From Rickettsiales bacterium (GTDB lineage Bacteria > Pseudomonadota > Alphaproteobacteria > Rickettsiales > UBA998), in the NCBI GenBank assembly GCA_041749475.1, contig JBGTBD010000040.1, forward strand, positions 511-64,510: 64,000 nucleotides of DNA. Reading direction: 5' to 3'. A model generated the notes under the pieces. The model did not search any database. It was not told the origin of the DNA and saw nothing but the letters and a program-made list of their open reading frames with translations. Position 1 is the stretch's first letter, and every line of letters begins with the position of its first letter. The translations under genes and the position numbers were made by a program. Shown here piece by piece: positions 1 to 10,217 of this stretch.

Positions 1-1
1 C

Positions 2-148
2 TACGGCAAGCAGGCGGAACAGGTCGGGAAAACAATCCTGCATGCCCTCCCGTCTCCCTCGGGCCAAGGCAGGCGCTATTGGGACATCACCCACTGGCAG
101 GCCGTCGCTGACGCTGCCAAGCATGCCCATAAAAAGGGGGCTGCATGA
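2..148 (+). CDS. mug: G/U mismatch-specific DNA glycosylase, 3' end only (truncated by window start)
   Basis: Frame 2 reads YGKQAEQVGKTILHALPSPSGQGRRYWDITHWQAVA...*, matching the MUG/TDG C-terminal LPSPSG motif; the stop overlaps the htpX start (ATGA). Confidence 0.7.
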   Translation, partial: YGKQAEQVGKTILHALPSPSGQGRRYWDITHWQAVADAAKHAHKKGAA

Positions 149-1170
149 ACCTCGCCTCTACGGGATTACAAACCTACATCTGGAACAATCAGCTGAAATC
201 GGTGCTGATATTGTTCCTGTTCCCCATCCTGCTGCTGGGGATGATCTACTGCTTCTTCGGCGCGCTGGGGATGCAGCAGGGCGGTACCTTCGCACAGTCG
301 GGATTAGAGGGTGTAAAATACTATGCACACTGGGCCTTTCTGGGCGCGCTCATATGGTTCAGTATCGCATGGGCGTTCCACGGGACGATGGTGCAGATGG
401 CGACGGGCGCGCGCACGCTCACCCGCGCTGAATCGCCCGAGCTTTATAACATGGTCGAGAATCTCTGCATCTCGCGCGGGATGACGATGCCGAAATTGCA
501 GATGATCGACACCCCGATGATGAACGCCTTCGCCAGCGGCATCGGTGAGAAATCCTACTGTATCACCGTCACCCGCGGTATCGTCGAGGCGCTCAGCCCG
601 GAGGAAATAGAAGCGGTGCTGGCGCACGAGCTATCCCATATCCGCCATAAGGACGTGCGGCTGCTGATCACCACCGTCATCTTCGTCGGCATGATTTCGT
701 TTGCGTGCCAGATGATCTACCGGATGCTGGTCTATGGCGGCAGTTCAGTCTCCCGCCGCCGTGAGGGGCAGGACGGGCGCATGCTCCTCATTGCGCTGGC
801 GGTGCTGGCAGTCGGCTACGGGTTAGCCCTGATTTTACGTTTTTCCCTCTCACGCAAACGCGAATATCTGGCCGATGCAGGGGCAGTGGAACTCACCAAG
901 AACCCGGACGCGATGATCGGCGCATTACAGAAAATCTCGGGCAAGACCGACCTGCCCGATATGCCGGAGGACATCAAGCAGATGTGCCTGGAGAATACCC
1001 ATAGCTTCATGGGCCTATTCGCCACTCACCCGCCCATCGAAAAACGCATCGCCGCGCTCGTCGGCATGGGGGGCAGGGAACTGCCGTCATCGGGCGCAGG
1101 CTCTCCGGCACATGGCCCCTGGTCGCAACCCACCAAAGCATGGAGCCGCCCGCACGGGCCGTGGAAATAG
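145..1170 (+). CDS. htpX: M48 family zinc metalloprotease HtpX
   Basis: N-terminal TM helices, NAFA motif, AHELSH (HExxH), SRKREYLAD, FATHPP. Confidence 0.92.
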   Translation: MNLASTGLQTYIWNNQLKSVLILFLFPILLLGMIYCFFGALGMQQGGTFAQSGLEGVKYYAHWAFLGALIWFSIAWAFHGTMVQMATGARTLTRAESPELYNMVENLCISRGMTMPKLQMIDTPMMNAFASGIGEKSYCITVTRGIVEALSPEEIEAVLAHELSHIRHKDVRLLITTVIFVGMISFACQMIYRMLVYGGSSVSRRREGQDGRMLLIALAVLAVGYGLALILRFSLSRKREYLADAGAVELTKNPDAMIGALQKISGKTDLPDMPEDIKQMCLENTHSFMGLFATHPPIEKRIAALVGMGGRELPSSGAGSPAHGPWSQPTKAWSRPHGPWK

Positions 1171-1298
1171 TGGCTTAGCGGCCATCCCGCTGAACAATAA
1201 AATATTTACATAGTATTTGTTTTTTTATTTATAATTCACTATAATTATTAATAAGCTCTATATTAATACTTGCCGTGCGCAGTATATAAGGAAAATAT

Positions 1299-2834
1299 AT
1301 GCTCCATAAAACCATCTCAAAATATTGTGTTCTTCTCACTCTTTCGGCAAGTATACTATCTGCTCCAGTGCTGGCGGTTCCTTTCGATAAGTCCAGCCGG
1401 TATTACCCCGAATACACGCATACTTCTGCGCAAGGCACACCGTCGATCAGAACATCCGGCCAGACCTTCATCTATATCCGTAGCGGCGCTGGTATCTATC
1501 GTCTTACCACGATGAGCGGGGGACGCTATTGGGCGAAAAAAGCATGGCCTACGCTTGCCGAACGTATTAAGACGGACCATGCATCCTCCATTATCGACGC
1601 TCCCTTGGGTACTAACCCCATCAAGCTGATCATCAACGGTCAGGAAGTCTCGTTCGATGCCGCGCAATTATTGGGGGGCGTGAAGGGTGAGATTAAACCG
1701 ATAGGCAACGGTTTGGCACGCTCTTCTGGCGGTGTAGAGGTTATAGATCAGGATGCCTCATTGGGGTCAAACCCCGATTATAATAACAGCGACAGTACGG
1801 CCCTATGTAAACGGACCGGCAGTTGCGGCGGTGGCGTCCTCGGTTCCTCATCGGGTGGTATCGCATCATCGAGCGGTTCCGTCGGTTCCTCTTCCGGCTC
1901 GGGTGGTGTGTTAGGTGGTTCTTCCTCCGGTGGTCCGGTCAGTATACCGCCTGCGCCTTACGCATGTATGCCTGCGACTGAAGCGGCGACGATAAGCCCC
2001 GCCACACAAGTGGGCATCGCGCAACGCATCAATGGCGGAGTCCATATCATGGCCCCGGGTAATTACCGCGGATTGACCCTGCAGGGTAAATCATTCGGCG
2101 GGGCGACATTGAAATGCTCCGAACCGGGCGCATGCGTTTTCGGTAATACCACGATGAACGAAGTCAGCAACCTGACGTTGGACGGCATCAAGGTCGTCGG
2201 CGGCGGTGTCGATATACGCCGAAGCCAGAACATCACCATCCGTTGCTCTACCTTTGCCGAGCAAACGAACACGGGTGTCCTGCTAAGCCCGGGTGGTGGC
2301 AATAGCAATATCCAGATCGATAACAATGTATTCCATAACCACAAGGTCGGCTGTAACCTGAATAATAAATCCTTCTGTGAGACTGTAGTCGGCGGCACAG
2401 AGGTCGCGAATATGGATTACGGTATCAGGGTCTATAACGCGACGAGTGTCTTCATTCGTAACAATATCTTCGGTAGCCTCGCCAATCATTGGATATCGCT
2501 GAAGTGGGGTGCGAAATATACGCTGATTGATAATAACAAATTCAATTCATGCGGCCGGAACTGTATCGAATTAGGTCAGGAGCCTAACACCGTGAAAACT
2601 GGATATCGTTCGGTTGGCGAAGCGATGCTTTCTAACAATACGCTGAGCGGGAAAGCGAATATGGGCATCCTGATTCAGAATATCGAGAAAGCAACGCTGA
2701 AGAACAACAATATAAACATCTCAGGCACGATGGTCGCCATTCCCCCGAACTACAAGAAATGTAAGGAGAGCACAGGCGGCTGCCCGACGCTGGGTACGGG
2801 CTATCCTGCGAACCGACAAATCATTAGGCAGTAA
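1299..2834 (+). CDS. Secreted right-handed parallel beta-helix protein with an N-terminal domain of unknown function
   Basis: Signal peptide, Ser/Gly linker, repeated I-x-N-N-x-F beta-helix rungs (IDNNVF, IRNNIF, IDNNKF, LSNNTL). Confidence 0.8.
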   Translation: MLHKTISKYCVLLTLSASILSAPVLAVPFDKSSRYYPEYTHTSAQGTPSIRTSGQTFIYIRSGAGIYRLTTMSGGRYWAKKAWPTLAERIKTDHASSIIDAPLGTNPIKLIINGQEVSFDAAQLLGGVKGEIKPIGNGLARSSGGVEVIDQDASLGSNPDYNNSDSTALCKRTGSCGGGVLGSSSGGIASSSGSVGSSSGSGGVLGGSSSGGPVSIPPAPYACMPATEAATISPATQVGIAQRINGGVHIMAPGNYRGLTLQGKSFGGATLKCSEPGACVFGNTTMNEVSNLTLDGIKVVGGGVDIRRSQNITIRCSTFAEQTNTGVLLSPGGGNSNIQIDNNVFHNHKVGCNLNNKSFCETVVGGTEVANMDYGIRVYNATSVFIRNNIFGSLANHWISLKWGAKYTLIDNNKFNSCGRNCIELGQEPNTVKTGYRSVGEAMLSNNTLSGKANMGILIQNIEKATLKNNNINISGTMVAIPPNYKKCKESTGGCPTLGTGYPANRQIIRQ

Positions 2835-2871
2835 ATGTAGTGATATAACTTTATGTTAGTGTAGGGCCATT

Positions 2872-4752
2872 ATGAATCAGTTCGAAAATACCTACGCGAT
2901 GCTCTCCTTCATCTTCAGCCTCGGTATGGCAACGGCTGCACACGCCCTTCCCCTAGATAAGGGAAGCCGATATTATCCAAACTATACCCATAGCACCACG
3001 CAAGGGACGCCATCCGTCATCACTTCTGCCCACACAGCCATCTATATTCGGCAGGGCGGTCATATTTATAACCTCGTGCCTATGAGCAAAGGACGTTTCT
3101 GGGCGCGCAAAGCATGGCCTTCGCTGGAGGCGCGGCTGGAAGAACATCACGCTGCTTCCCTCATTGATATACCCGCCGGAGCAAACCCGGTGACGCTGGT
3201 CATTAATGGCAAGAGGGTCGCCTTTGAATCCTTCGAGAAATTGGGCAGCAAGAAAGGTCAGATCACCCCTGTGAGTTCTTCCGGCGGTGCGATGTCAAGC
3301 GGCGGTAGCTCCTCAGGTTCAGGCGGCGTGGATGTGGTCGATCAGGATGAAACCCCCGGTCAGGGGTATAATAACGACGACAGCATTCCGCTCTGTCAGT
3401 TGACCGGCACGTGCGCTGGGTCTTCGTCCGGCAGTTCCAGTTCCGGCATGGCATCCAGTTCATCAAGTGGCGGCGTCATCATCCCCGGCAGTTCGTCCGG
3501 CGGGTCGATACCCGACGGCAGTGCACCGGGCACATTACCTTCCGCGCCAAGGTATAGCGGCAACGTCTATTTCGTCTCCCCCGGCGGCAGCGGTATCAGT
3601 ACCGACCTGTCCCGCCCCGGTAATGCGGTGGCGACGTTGCGTGGTGTAGACGACGGCTCGACCATCAAATTCCTGCCCGGTAATTATGGCAATATAGCAG
3701 TAAATAAACCGAAGCAGACAGGACGAATCAAGCTCATCAGTACCATTCCCGTATTGACCGGGATCGACACCACTAAACGCACGAGCGCCGCTTACGCAAC
3801 CATCGCCAGCCAGATCGTCAAGGGCTACCGAACAGACGGTGCGCGCTTCGGACGACTGGAGCTGGAGAAGTTCTCAGCACCGTGGGTGGAAGGGTTCTAC
3901 TTCCCGGCAGGAGGAGGGGGCATCAATATCCTTTCCTCGCCTCAGGCATGGGTTGTACGTAACCACGTGTTCAATTCCTCCAACGGGACGATGATGTATG
4001 GTAAGGATGAAAACCGAGCATACGTCATACTGGAGAATTGGATCTGGAATAATCGCCGCGGGATGAACAAGCGTGGCATCGAGGATTGGGGTATGGATTA
4101 CGCTGTGCGGCTCTACGGGTCGAAGGTCGGCGCGGTCTATGTGACGAAGAACCTGATACTCGGTGGCTTCAACCAGCCTATTTCCACCAAGTCCGGTTTC
4201 AAGAACACCTATATCGAGAATAACTTCTTCGTGGGGGGTGACGGCAAGACGCCGGATAATCCCGGCCCCGTCAAGAACATCATGGTCGGGCAGGAATCCG
4301 ATAAGGCGGGTATCGATAATACCGGTGAGAATGTATTCATCCGTAACAATACATTCCGTGGTAAAGGGCGTGGCATGATCATCTTCAATGTGCAGAATGC
4401 TTACGTAGAGGGGAATAATTTCATCAACCTCACCTCTGCCGTGTCGCAATTCTTCTCTGCAGGGGTAGGGCAAAATGCGCATGCCTTGAACGGTATCCAT
4501 CCGCGCCTGACCGTCGTCAAGAATAACTGGTTCAGTAACTCACCTTCCATCGACGCTTGGCCCCGTGGCAACACGCCTGAATCGCTGGTTGTGGAAGGCA
4601 ACACGGTCGCGGGTGGCAAGGGTAGTATCCTGCTGCATACGACCATCACGGGCGACCCTGACCGCCCGCCGGCATCCAATCTGGTGCTGCCCAGCGTGAA
4701 CCGCGTCGGCGGTGATGCCAGCGGCTTCGCAGCCCAGCAGACAGTGAATTAA
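2872..4752 (+). CDS. Secreted right-handed parallel beta-helix protein, paralog of 1299..2834
   Basis: Signal peptide (AHA), shared N-terminal domain, YFVSPGGSG beta-helix cap, IENNFF/IRNNTF/VEGNNF rungs. Confidence 0.8.
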   Translation: MNQFENTYAMLSFIFSLGMATAAHALPLDKGSRYYPNYTHSTTQGTPSVITSAHTAIYIRQGGHIYNLVPMSKGRFWARKAWPSLEARLEEHHAASLIDIPAGANPVTLVINGKRVAFESFEKLGSKKGQITPVSSSGGAMSSGGSSSGSGGVDVVDQDETPGQGYNNDDSIPLCQLTGTCAGSSSGSSSSGMASSSSSGGVIIPGSSSGGSIPDGSAPGTLPSAPRYSGNVYFVSPGGSGISTDLSRPGNAVATLRGVDDGSTIKFLPGNYGNIAVNKPKQTGRIKLISTIPVLTGIDTTKRTSAAYATIASQIVKGYRTDGARFGRLELEKFSAPWVEGFYFPAGGGGINILSSPQAWVVRNHVFNSSNGTMMYGKDENRAYVILENWIWNNRRGMNKRGIEDWGMDYAVRLYGSKVGAVYVTKNLILGGFNQPISTKSGFKNTYIENNFFVGGDGKTPDNPGPVKNIMVGQESDKAGIDNTGENVFIRNNTFRGKGRGMIIFNVQNAYVEGNNFINLTSAVSQFFSAGVGQNAHALNGIHPRLTVVKNNWFSNSPSIDAWPRGNTPESLVVEGNTVAGGKGSILLHTTITGDPDRPPASNLVLPSVNRVGGDASGFAAQQTVN

Positions 4753-4815
4753 TTTTACAACATCTCGTAACCTGAACGCCCGTTCAATCGAATAGAAGGG
4801 GAAAGGGAGGTTTCG

Positions 4816-5196
4816 ATGGATTTGCTGATAACGATTATACTGGGCTGGGTGGTATTCTTCCTGACGCGCTTCGCGTTGGAATGTCCTGTCTACCGTTCGA
4901 TGGGAAAGACATCATGGCGCAAAGCGGCGCGCACTACGGGAGGAATCGTAGGCGTGACCACCTCGGTGTTCTTCCTCATCCTGCTCCCGGCGAACGATGC
5001 GCTGGGCGTCATGAAACATGAGAATCTCCTGATACTGATGATTGCACTTAGCGTGATGATCGAAGGTTGGATGGTGCATCGCCGGGTGGTGAAGCTTACG
5101 TATAAAACGGCGCCTTATATCGCCCTGCTGCAGTATGTATCTTGGTATGCCGCGTTCATGGTGATGTTTCTCCTGCGCGGCGTGCTGACGGCATAA
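4816..5196 (+). CDS. Hypothetical membrane protein (about 4 TM)
   Basis: GGGAGG RBS; four hydrophobic segments. Confidence 0.7.
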   Translation: MDLLITIILGWVVFFLTRFALECPVYRSMGKTSWRKAARTTGGIVGVTTSVFFLILLPANDALGVMKHENLLILMIALSVMIEGWMVHRRVVKLTYKTAPYIALLQYVSWYAAFMVMFLLRGVLTA

Positions 5197-5238
5197 CCGA
5201 TACTTGCGTCTAACCCCACCCTCGCTTAGGGTGGGGGC

Positions 5239-5541
5239 ATGGTCTTCCGCACCCACGTTTTCGTCTGTACTAACAAACGCCCTGACGGGCATGAGCGCGG
5301 CTGCTGCATCGACCGGGGCGGCGGCCCCATCCGTGATTACATGAAGAAGCGCTGCGCTGAGCTGGGCGTGGAGGGTGTCCGCATCAACGCCGCCGGATGC
5401 CTCGATCGCTGCGAGGAAGGCCCCGTGATGGTGGTCTACCCTGACGGCGTCTGGTATCGCCTGACCACGACCGAGCAGGTGGACAGGGTAGTGGCCGAGC
5501 ATATCATCGGCGGGAAGCCCGTTGAGGAATATCGAATTTAG
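5239..5541 (+). CDS. Thioredoxin-like [2Fe-2S] ferredoxin
   Basis: HVFVCTNKR...CC...GCLDRCEEGPVMVVYPDGVWY motif. Confidence 0.93.
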   Translation: MVFRTHVFVCTNKRPDGHERGCCIDRGGGPIRDYMKKRCAELGVEGVRINAAGCLDRCEEGPVMVVYPDGVWYRLTTTEQVDRVVAEHIIGGKPVEEYRI

Positions 5542-5598
5542 TCACTTTTGATAGTATAGACATGTATTTCTCATGAATAATGAGCTATACTTGTATCT

Positions 5599-6141
5599 AT
5601 GGCTGATACTCCGTCTGACAATGTTAAGTTCACTCCTAAAGGCAAGTTGATTAAAGCCTACAGACGGGATCAGGGCGAGTTTGTCAAAGCATTCATCGAG
5701 AACGTCGTGTACATGTCCAGCAACGCCGACGCGGATAACAGCAAAACGGTCGATGAAAAAGAATTACGCGCCATGCTGAAAGAAACTAAGACGCATATCG
5801 ATGAGTTCTGCACCAGCTCGGGTGACAGGGAGCATGCCGATCGGTTCCAGACGATGATGCGCGATATCAAGCAGGCAGCGGGAATACCCAGCAATCCGGA
5901 AGCGGCGGAGCGCATAGGGACGGCGATAGAGACGACATTGAATGAGCAGATGGGCGGTTTGCGATTCTTCTTCGGGCCCGAGAACGGCTCATTCGCTCCT
6001 CACGTGAGGGAGGCGCTGCAAGACCCCGCCATTATTGCCGCCAGTGAGCGGATGGTGACGGAGCATACCCCCGGATTTGACCCCGTGAAGATATGCGACG
6101 CTCAGATAAAGACAGCTCCCCACAGACGCCGCGAACGCTAA
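5599..6141 (+). CDS. Hypothetical protein
   Basis: 180-aa ORF filling the intergenic space; no recognised motif. Confidence 0.65.
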   Translation: MADTPSDNVKFTPKGKLIKAYRRDQGEFVKAFIENVVYMSSNADADNSKTVDEKELRAMLKETKTHIDEFCTSSGDREHADRFQTMMRDIKQAAGIPSNPEAAERIGTAIETTLNEQMGGLRFFFGPENGSFAPHVREALQDPAIIAASERMVTEHTPGFDPVKICDAQIKTAPHRRRER

Positions 6142-6143
6142 AC

Positions 6144-6890
6144 TTACTCGCACAGAATCTTGATCTTATACGGCGAATTGACGCCGAGGGTGAGCGTGTT
6201 CTCTCCCGGCAATAGCGGCGCTTTGAAGGAGAGTTTCGCACGACCGATGGCGACGCCGTTGAGCACCGTACAGTGGCGCGAACCGGAATCGACGATGAAG
6301 ACGCCGTCCGCCGTCCGCTCAATCTGGCAATGCTGGTAGGAGATGAAGGGCGGCGAGCCTGTGGAAGGGAGTTCGAGATTGCACATACCCTGAGCGCTTT
6401 CCGTTTCCGGATGTCCGCCGATGGTGAAGGGCAGGTTGGCGGCGTGGACGACAACAGCGTTCATCACCCCGCGTAGTGCATCGCATTCGGGGGTGAGGGT
6501 GAGTTTGTTGATTGCGGCGTCGAGCAGCACGGTCGCGCGTTCTTGCTTGGCGATGCGCTGGTTCAAATATTTCAGGCGATGGATGAGGCTGACGATGAAC
6601 GGCTCCAGTCGGGGCGGGCATTGTGCGAACAGGGTTTTAAGTTCGGCAGCGGAAAGCGTCTCCAACTTGGTAGCGGTGATGGTGCGTGCCGTAGCGGAGC
6701 GTACTGCGCCGGGCTCGAAGAGCGCCATCTCACCGAATACGTTGCCGGGTTCGAGGACGGCGAGTTGTACTTCCCCCGCTTCGGCATGTTTCAGAATCTC
6801 GACGCGCCCGGAAAGGATGTGATACGCAAAATCCCCTGCATCCCCTTCGCGGAAGAGAATGGTCTTCGGGTCAACGAAATGTTCGGCCAT
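6144..6890 (-). CDS. Cyclic-nucleotide-binding + FHA domain protein
   Basis: LFREGDAGD...FGEMALF...RSATAR (cNMP domain); ISYQHCQI...IVDSGSRHCTVLNG (FHA). Confidence 0.85.
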   Translation of the reverse strand: MAEHFVDPKTILFREGDAGDFAYHILSGRVEILKHAEAGEVQLAVLEPGNVFGEMALFEPGAVRSATARTITATKLETLSAAELKTLFAQCPPRLEPFIVSLIHRLKYLNQRIAKQERATVLLDAAINKLTLTPECDALRGVMNAVVVHAANLPFTIGGHPETESAQGMCNLELPSTGSPPFISYQHCQIERTADGVFIVDSGSRHCTVLNGVAIGRAKLSFKAPLLPGENTLTLGVNSPYKIKILCE

Positions 6891-7029
6891 ACATGGTGCT
6901 CCCCATCTTTGGTCTTACAGCTAAAAGATTGAGCAAAGGTTAAAAGTGATTGTTTTTTATGGAAAATGAACCGACATCAAAGCGTCATAAAGTATAGATA
7001 TTATATATACAATAAAGGGATATATACAT

Positions 7030-7506
7030 ATGATTTCAGAAGCAGATAAAGCACGGATACAAATCTTGGTGGATGCTCCGGATGTGCAATGCGCCGTCAA
7101 TAAGCTTGCACAAAGCGCTCGTGACACGTTCGACGGGTTGAATGCATGGCAAAAGTTTGAGCTGGTCGCTAATTGGGAAATGGCGAAAGCGCAGGGTATC
7201 GAAGATACGATCAAGATGATCTCGCTTGATCAATGGACACTTCCCTCCGGCGTGAAAGAAGGAAGTCGTGCAATCCTTGAGCAATATAACGCATTTTCCC
7301 CTGAAACGCAGGATAGGCTCAATGATTTGAACACCCGTCTTGCTAAGGCAGGGGAAGGAATATCGCTGGCAAATGTTGAGCACAATCCGCAAGAAATAAT
7401 GGATGCGGCGGCGGATCTATCTCCCGTCCTAGAGCCGCTGACCGAGGAACTGATAAACGGGCTGGGCAAGAAACCATCCCCCGCTTGCAACACCCTTAGC
7501 CGCTAA
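7030..7506 (+). CDS. Hypothetical protein
   Basis: 158-aa ORF after an AT-rich promoter-like region; overlaps the mutS stop convergently. Confidence 0.6.
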   Translation: MISEADKARIQILVDAPDVQCAVNKLAQSARDTFDGLNAWQKFELVANWEMAKAQGIEDTIKMISLDQWTLPSGVKEGSRAILEQYNAFSPETQDRLNDLNTRLAKAGEGISLANVEHNPQEIMDAAADLSPVLEPLTEELINGLGKKPSPACNTLSR

Positions 7507-10174
7507 GGGATTTCAGGCGATACAGTACGTCGAGCGCTTCCTTGGGTGATAGCTCGTCTGGCTTGATCGTACTCAGCAATTCCATAGCGTGGGACACAGG
7601 TGCGCTTTCCACCGTCGCGGGTTTTCCCGCCATGGCAAACAGCGGCAACGCCCCCGATGTAATCGCCTGCACAGGACTGTGGTCGGATGTCTCCAACGCT
7701 TTCAACAACACTTTTGCCCGCGCGATGACCTTCTCCGGTAATCCCGCCAATTGCGCGACATGGATACCGTATGACCGATCCGCCGTGCCCGCCGCGACTT
7801 CATGCAGGAAAATGACGTTGCCCTTCCATTCCTTCACTTTCACGGTGTAAAGCGCGAGGGAGGAAAGCGATTCTTTGAGGTGCGTCAGTTCATGGTAATG
7901 CGTCGCGAACAGTCCCCGGCAACGCGTGGCGTTATGCAGATGTTCGGCCACCGCCCAGGCGATGGAGAGCCCATCATACGTTGCCGTCCCGCGCCCGATT
8001 TCATCGAGGATGACGAGTGAACGCGACGTGGCTTGCGAGAGGATTGCCGCCGTCTCCACCATCTCTACCATGAAGGTGGAACGCCCGCGCGCGAGATCGT
8101 CCGACGCGCCGACGCGGCTATAAAGCCTGTCGATGATACCGATATGCGCCTCCGTAGCGGGGATGAAAGAGCCCATTTGCGCCATCAGTGCGAGGAGCGC
8201 GTTCTGCCGCAGGAAGGTCGATTTCCCGGCCATGTTGGGCCCGGTGATGAGCCATAGCCGCTGGTCGCCCGTCAGGTCACACCCGTTGGCGATGAAGCGC
8301 TGCCCCTCCCGCCCGAGGAAGGATTCCACCACCGGATGGCGCCCGCCGGTGATGCGGAAGGTAAGGGAATCGTCGATAACGGGGCGGCAATAGCGTTCAT
8401 GCTGCGCCAGTTCGCTGAGTGCCGCCGTCACGTCGAGCGCCGCGATGGCGCGCCCGGCGGCGACGATGGTATGCGCATCGGCGCGTATTTCCTCGACCAA
8501 CCGCTCGAAGATCTCCAGCTCGATACGCAAAGCGCGGTCGGCGGCTTCGGCGATCTTCTTCTCGATTTCCGCCAGCTCCGGCGTGGTATACCGCATCGCG
8601 TCCTTCATCGTCTGGCGATGGATATATTCAAACGGAATTTTCGCTTCGTGCTTCTTCGTCACCTCGATGAAGAAGCCGAGCATGTAGTTGTATTTTATCT
8701 TCAGCGAGGGAATGTCCGTCGCGGTCTTATACTGCACTTCCATCGCGGCGATCAGCTTCTTCGATTCATCACGCAAGCAACGGAATTCATCGAGCGCCGC
8801 ATCATACCCTGCACGGATGAAATTCCCGTCCCGCGCCAGCATCGGCAATTCATCTTTCAGTGTCGCGGTGAGATGGGCGATGAGGGAAGTATGCGTTCCA
8901 AGCCCAGCGACGATACTCTCCACTTCTTCCGGCAACGAGCCATGCGGAATCGTGCGTAACGCATCGGCCATCGCAGTGGCGGCGGAAAGCCCGTCACGCA
9001 GCGCCGCCAAGTCTCGCGGGCCGCCGCGTTGCATCATCAACCGCCCCAGCGCCCGCTCAAGGTCAGGGCAACGGCGTAGCGTATCCCTGAGACCCGAACG
9101 CAATGACGCATGTTCGACGAAGAACGCCACCGCGTCATGCCGCGCGGTGATGGTATCGACGTCTGTCAGCGGATTGCACAGGCGTGAGGCAAGAAGACGC
9201 GCACCGCATGCGGTCTGTGTCCGGTCGATAGTCGAAAGCAAACTGCCCTGCCGCATGCCTGATAGCGTAGAAACCAGTTCCAGATTCCGCCGCGTCGCCG
9301 CATCGATGGCGAGGCCGGAGGAGGCGGCGTATTTCTTCGGCGCGTCAAGCCGGGGAGGGGTGTCCTTCTGCGTCAGGTGGACATAATCGAGCAGCGCGCC
9401 GCAGCAGGCGAGGTCGGCCAGCGTGAAATCGCCCCATGCGTCGAGTGTACTCAACCCATAATATTCGCGCAGCCGTTCTGCCGAGCGCTTGCCATGTAGA
9501 GAAGATTCGGGAATTGGGGTCAGACAGGCTTTATGGTCGGAGAGGATCGCGGAGAGCCGGTCGCTATTGCATTCCTGTTCGGAGATGAGAATCTCGCTGG
9601 GTGTCAGTCGCGCCAGTTCAGAGGCGAGTTGCGCAGGCGAGGTTTCAATCACGGAAAATTCCCCTGTGGAAATATCCATCCACGCCAACGCCCAGTCGCT
9701 TTTGACTTCGGCGATAGAGGCGAGGTAGTTGGAACGGTCGGGCGCGAGCAACGTCTCCTCCGTTACCGTTCCGGGGGTGACGATACGCACGACATCGCGA
9801 TGGACGACGGATTTGGAACCACGCTTCTTGGCTTCTGATGGGTCCTCCAATTGCTCGCAGATGGCGACCTTGATGCCGTTGGCGATGAGTTTTTCCAGAT
9901 AAAAGTCCGAAGAATGCACCGGCACGCCGCACATGGGGATATCCACCCCACGAATCTGCCCGCGCTTGGTCAGCGCGATATCGAGCACCGCAGCCGCTTT
10001 CACTGCGTCGTCAAAGAACAACTCATAAAAATCCCCCATGCGGTAGAACAACAGGAAATCCTGATGCCGCGACTTGATCTCCATATACTGCGCCATACCG
10101 GGGGAGAGCGGGGCGGCGGAAGTCGCATCTTCCGCGAAACCATCATTTTTTAAGGGGGCTGCAGGGCTTGTCAT
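7496..10174 (-). CDS. mutS: DNA mismatch repair protein MutS
   Basis: FYRMGDFYELF, TGPNMAGKST Walker A, STFMVEM, DEIGRGT, ATHYHEL. Confidence 0.99.
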   Translation of the reverse strand: MTSPAAPLKNDGFAEDATSAAPLSPGMAQYMEIKSRHQDFLLFYRMGDFYELFFDDAVKAAAVLDIALTKRGQIRGVDIPMCGVPVHSSDFYLEKLIANGIKVAICEQLEDPSEAKKRGSKSVVHRDVVRIVTPGTVTEETLLAPDRSNYLASIAEVKSDWALAWMDISTGEFSVIETSPAQLASELARLTPSEILISEQECNSDRLSAILSDHKACLTPIPESSLHGKRSAERLREYYGLSTLDAWGDFTLADLACCGALLDYVHLTQKDTPPRLDAPKKYAASSGLAIDAATRRNLELVSTLSGMRQGSLLSTIDRTQTACGARLLASRLCNPLTDVDTITARHDAVAFFVEHASLRSGLRDTLRRCPDLERALGRLMMQRGGPRDLAALRDGLSAATAMADALRTIPHGSLPEEVESIVAGLGTHTSLIAHLTATLKDELPMLARDGNFIRAGYDAALDEFRCLRDESKKLIAAMEVQYKTATDIPSLKIKYNYMLGFFIEVTKKHEAKIPFEYIHRQTMKDAMRYTTPELAEIEKKIAEAADRALRIELEIFERLVEEIRADAHTIVAAGRAIAALDVTAALSELAQHERYCRPVIDDSLTFRITGGRHPVVESFLGREGQRFIANGCDLTGDQRLWLITGPNMAGKSTFLRQNALLALMAQMGSFIPATEAHIGIIDRLYSRVGASDDLARGRSTFMVEMVETAAILSQATSRSLVILDEIGRGTATYDGLSIAWAVAEHLHNATRCRGLFATHYHELTHLKESLSSLALYTVKVKEWKGNVIFLHEVAAGTADRSYGIHVAQLAGLPEKVIARAKVLLKALETSDHSPVQAITSGALPLFAMAGKPATVESAPVSHAMELLSTIKPDELSPKEALDVLYRLKSLSG

Positions 10175-10217
10175 CCCTGCATCTGAGCAGAGTGGGAGCA
10201 GAAATCAACTGAAAATA

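Noticed and set aside
1825-1940. Repetitive TCCTCCGGT-like sequence (also 3270-3510)
   Set aside because: It is explained by Ser/Gly linker coding and is not a CRISPR array or DNA repeat.
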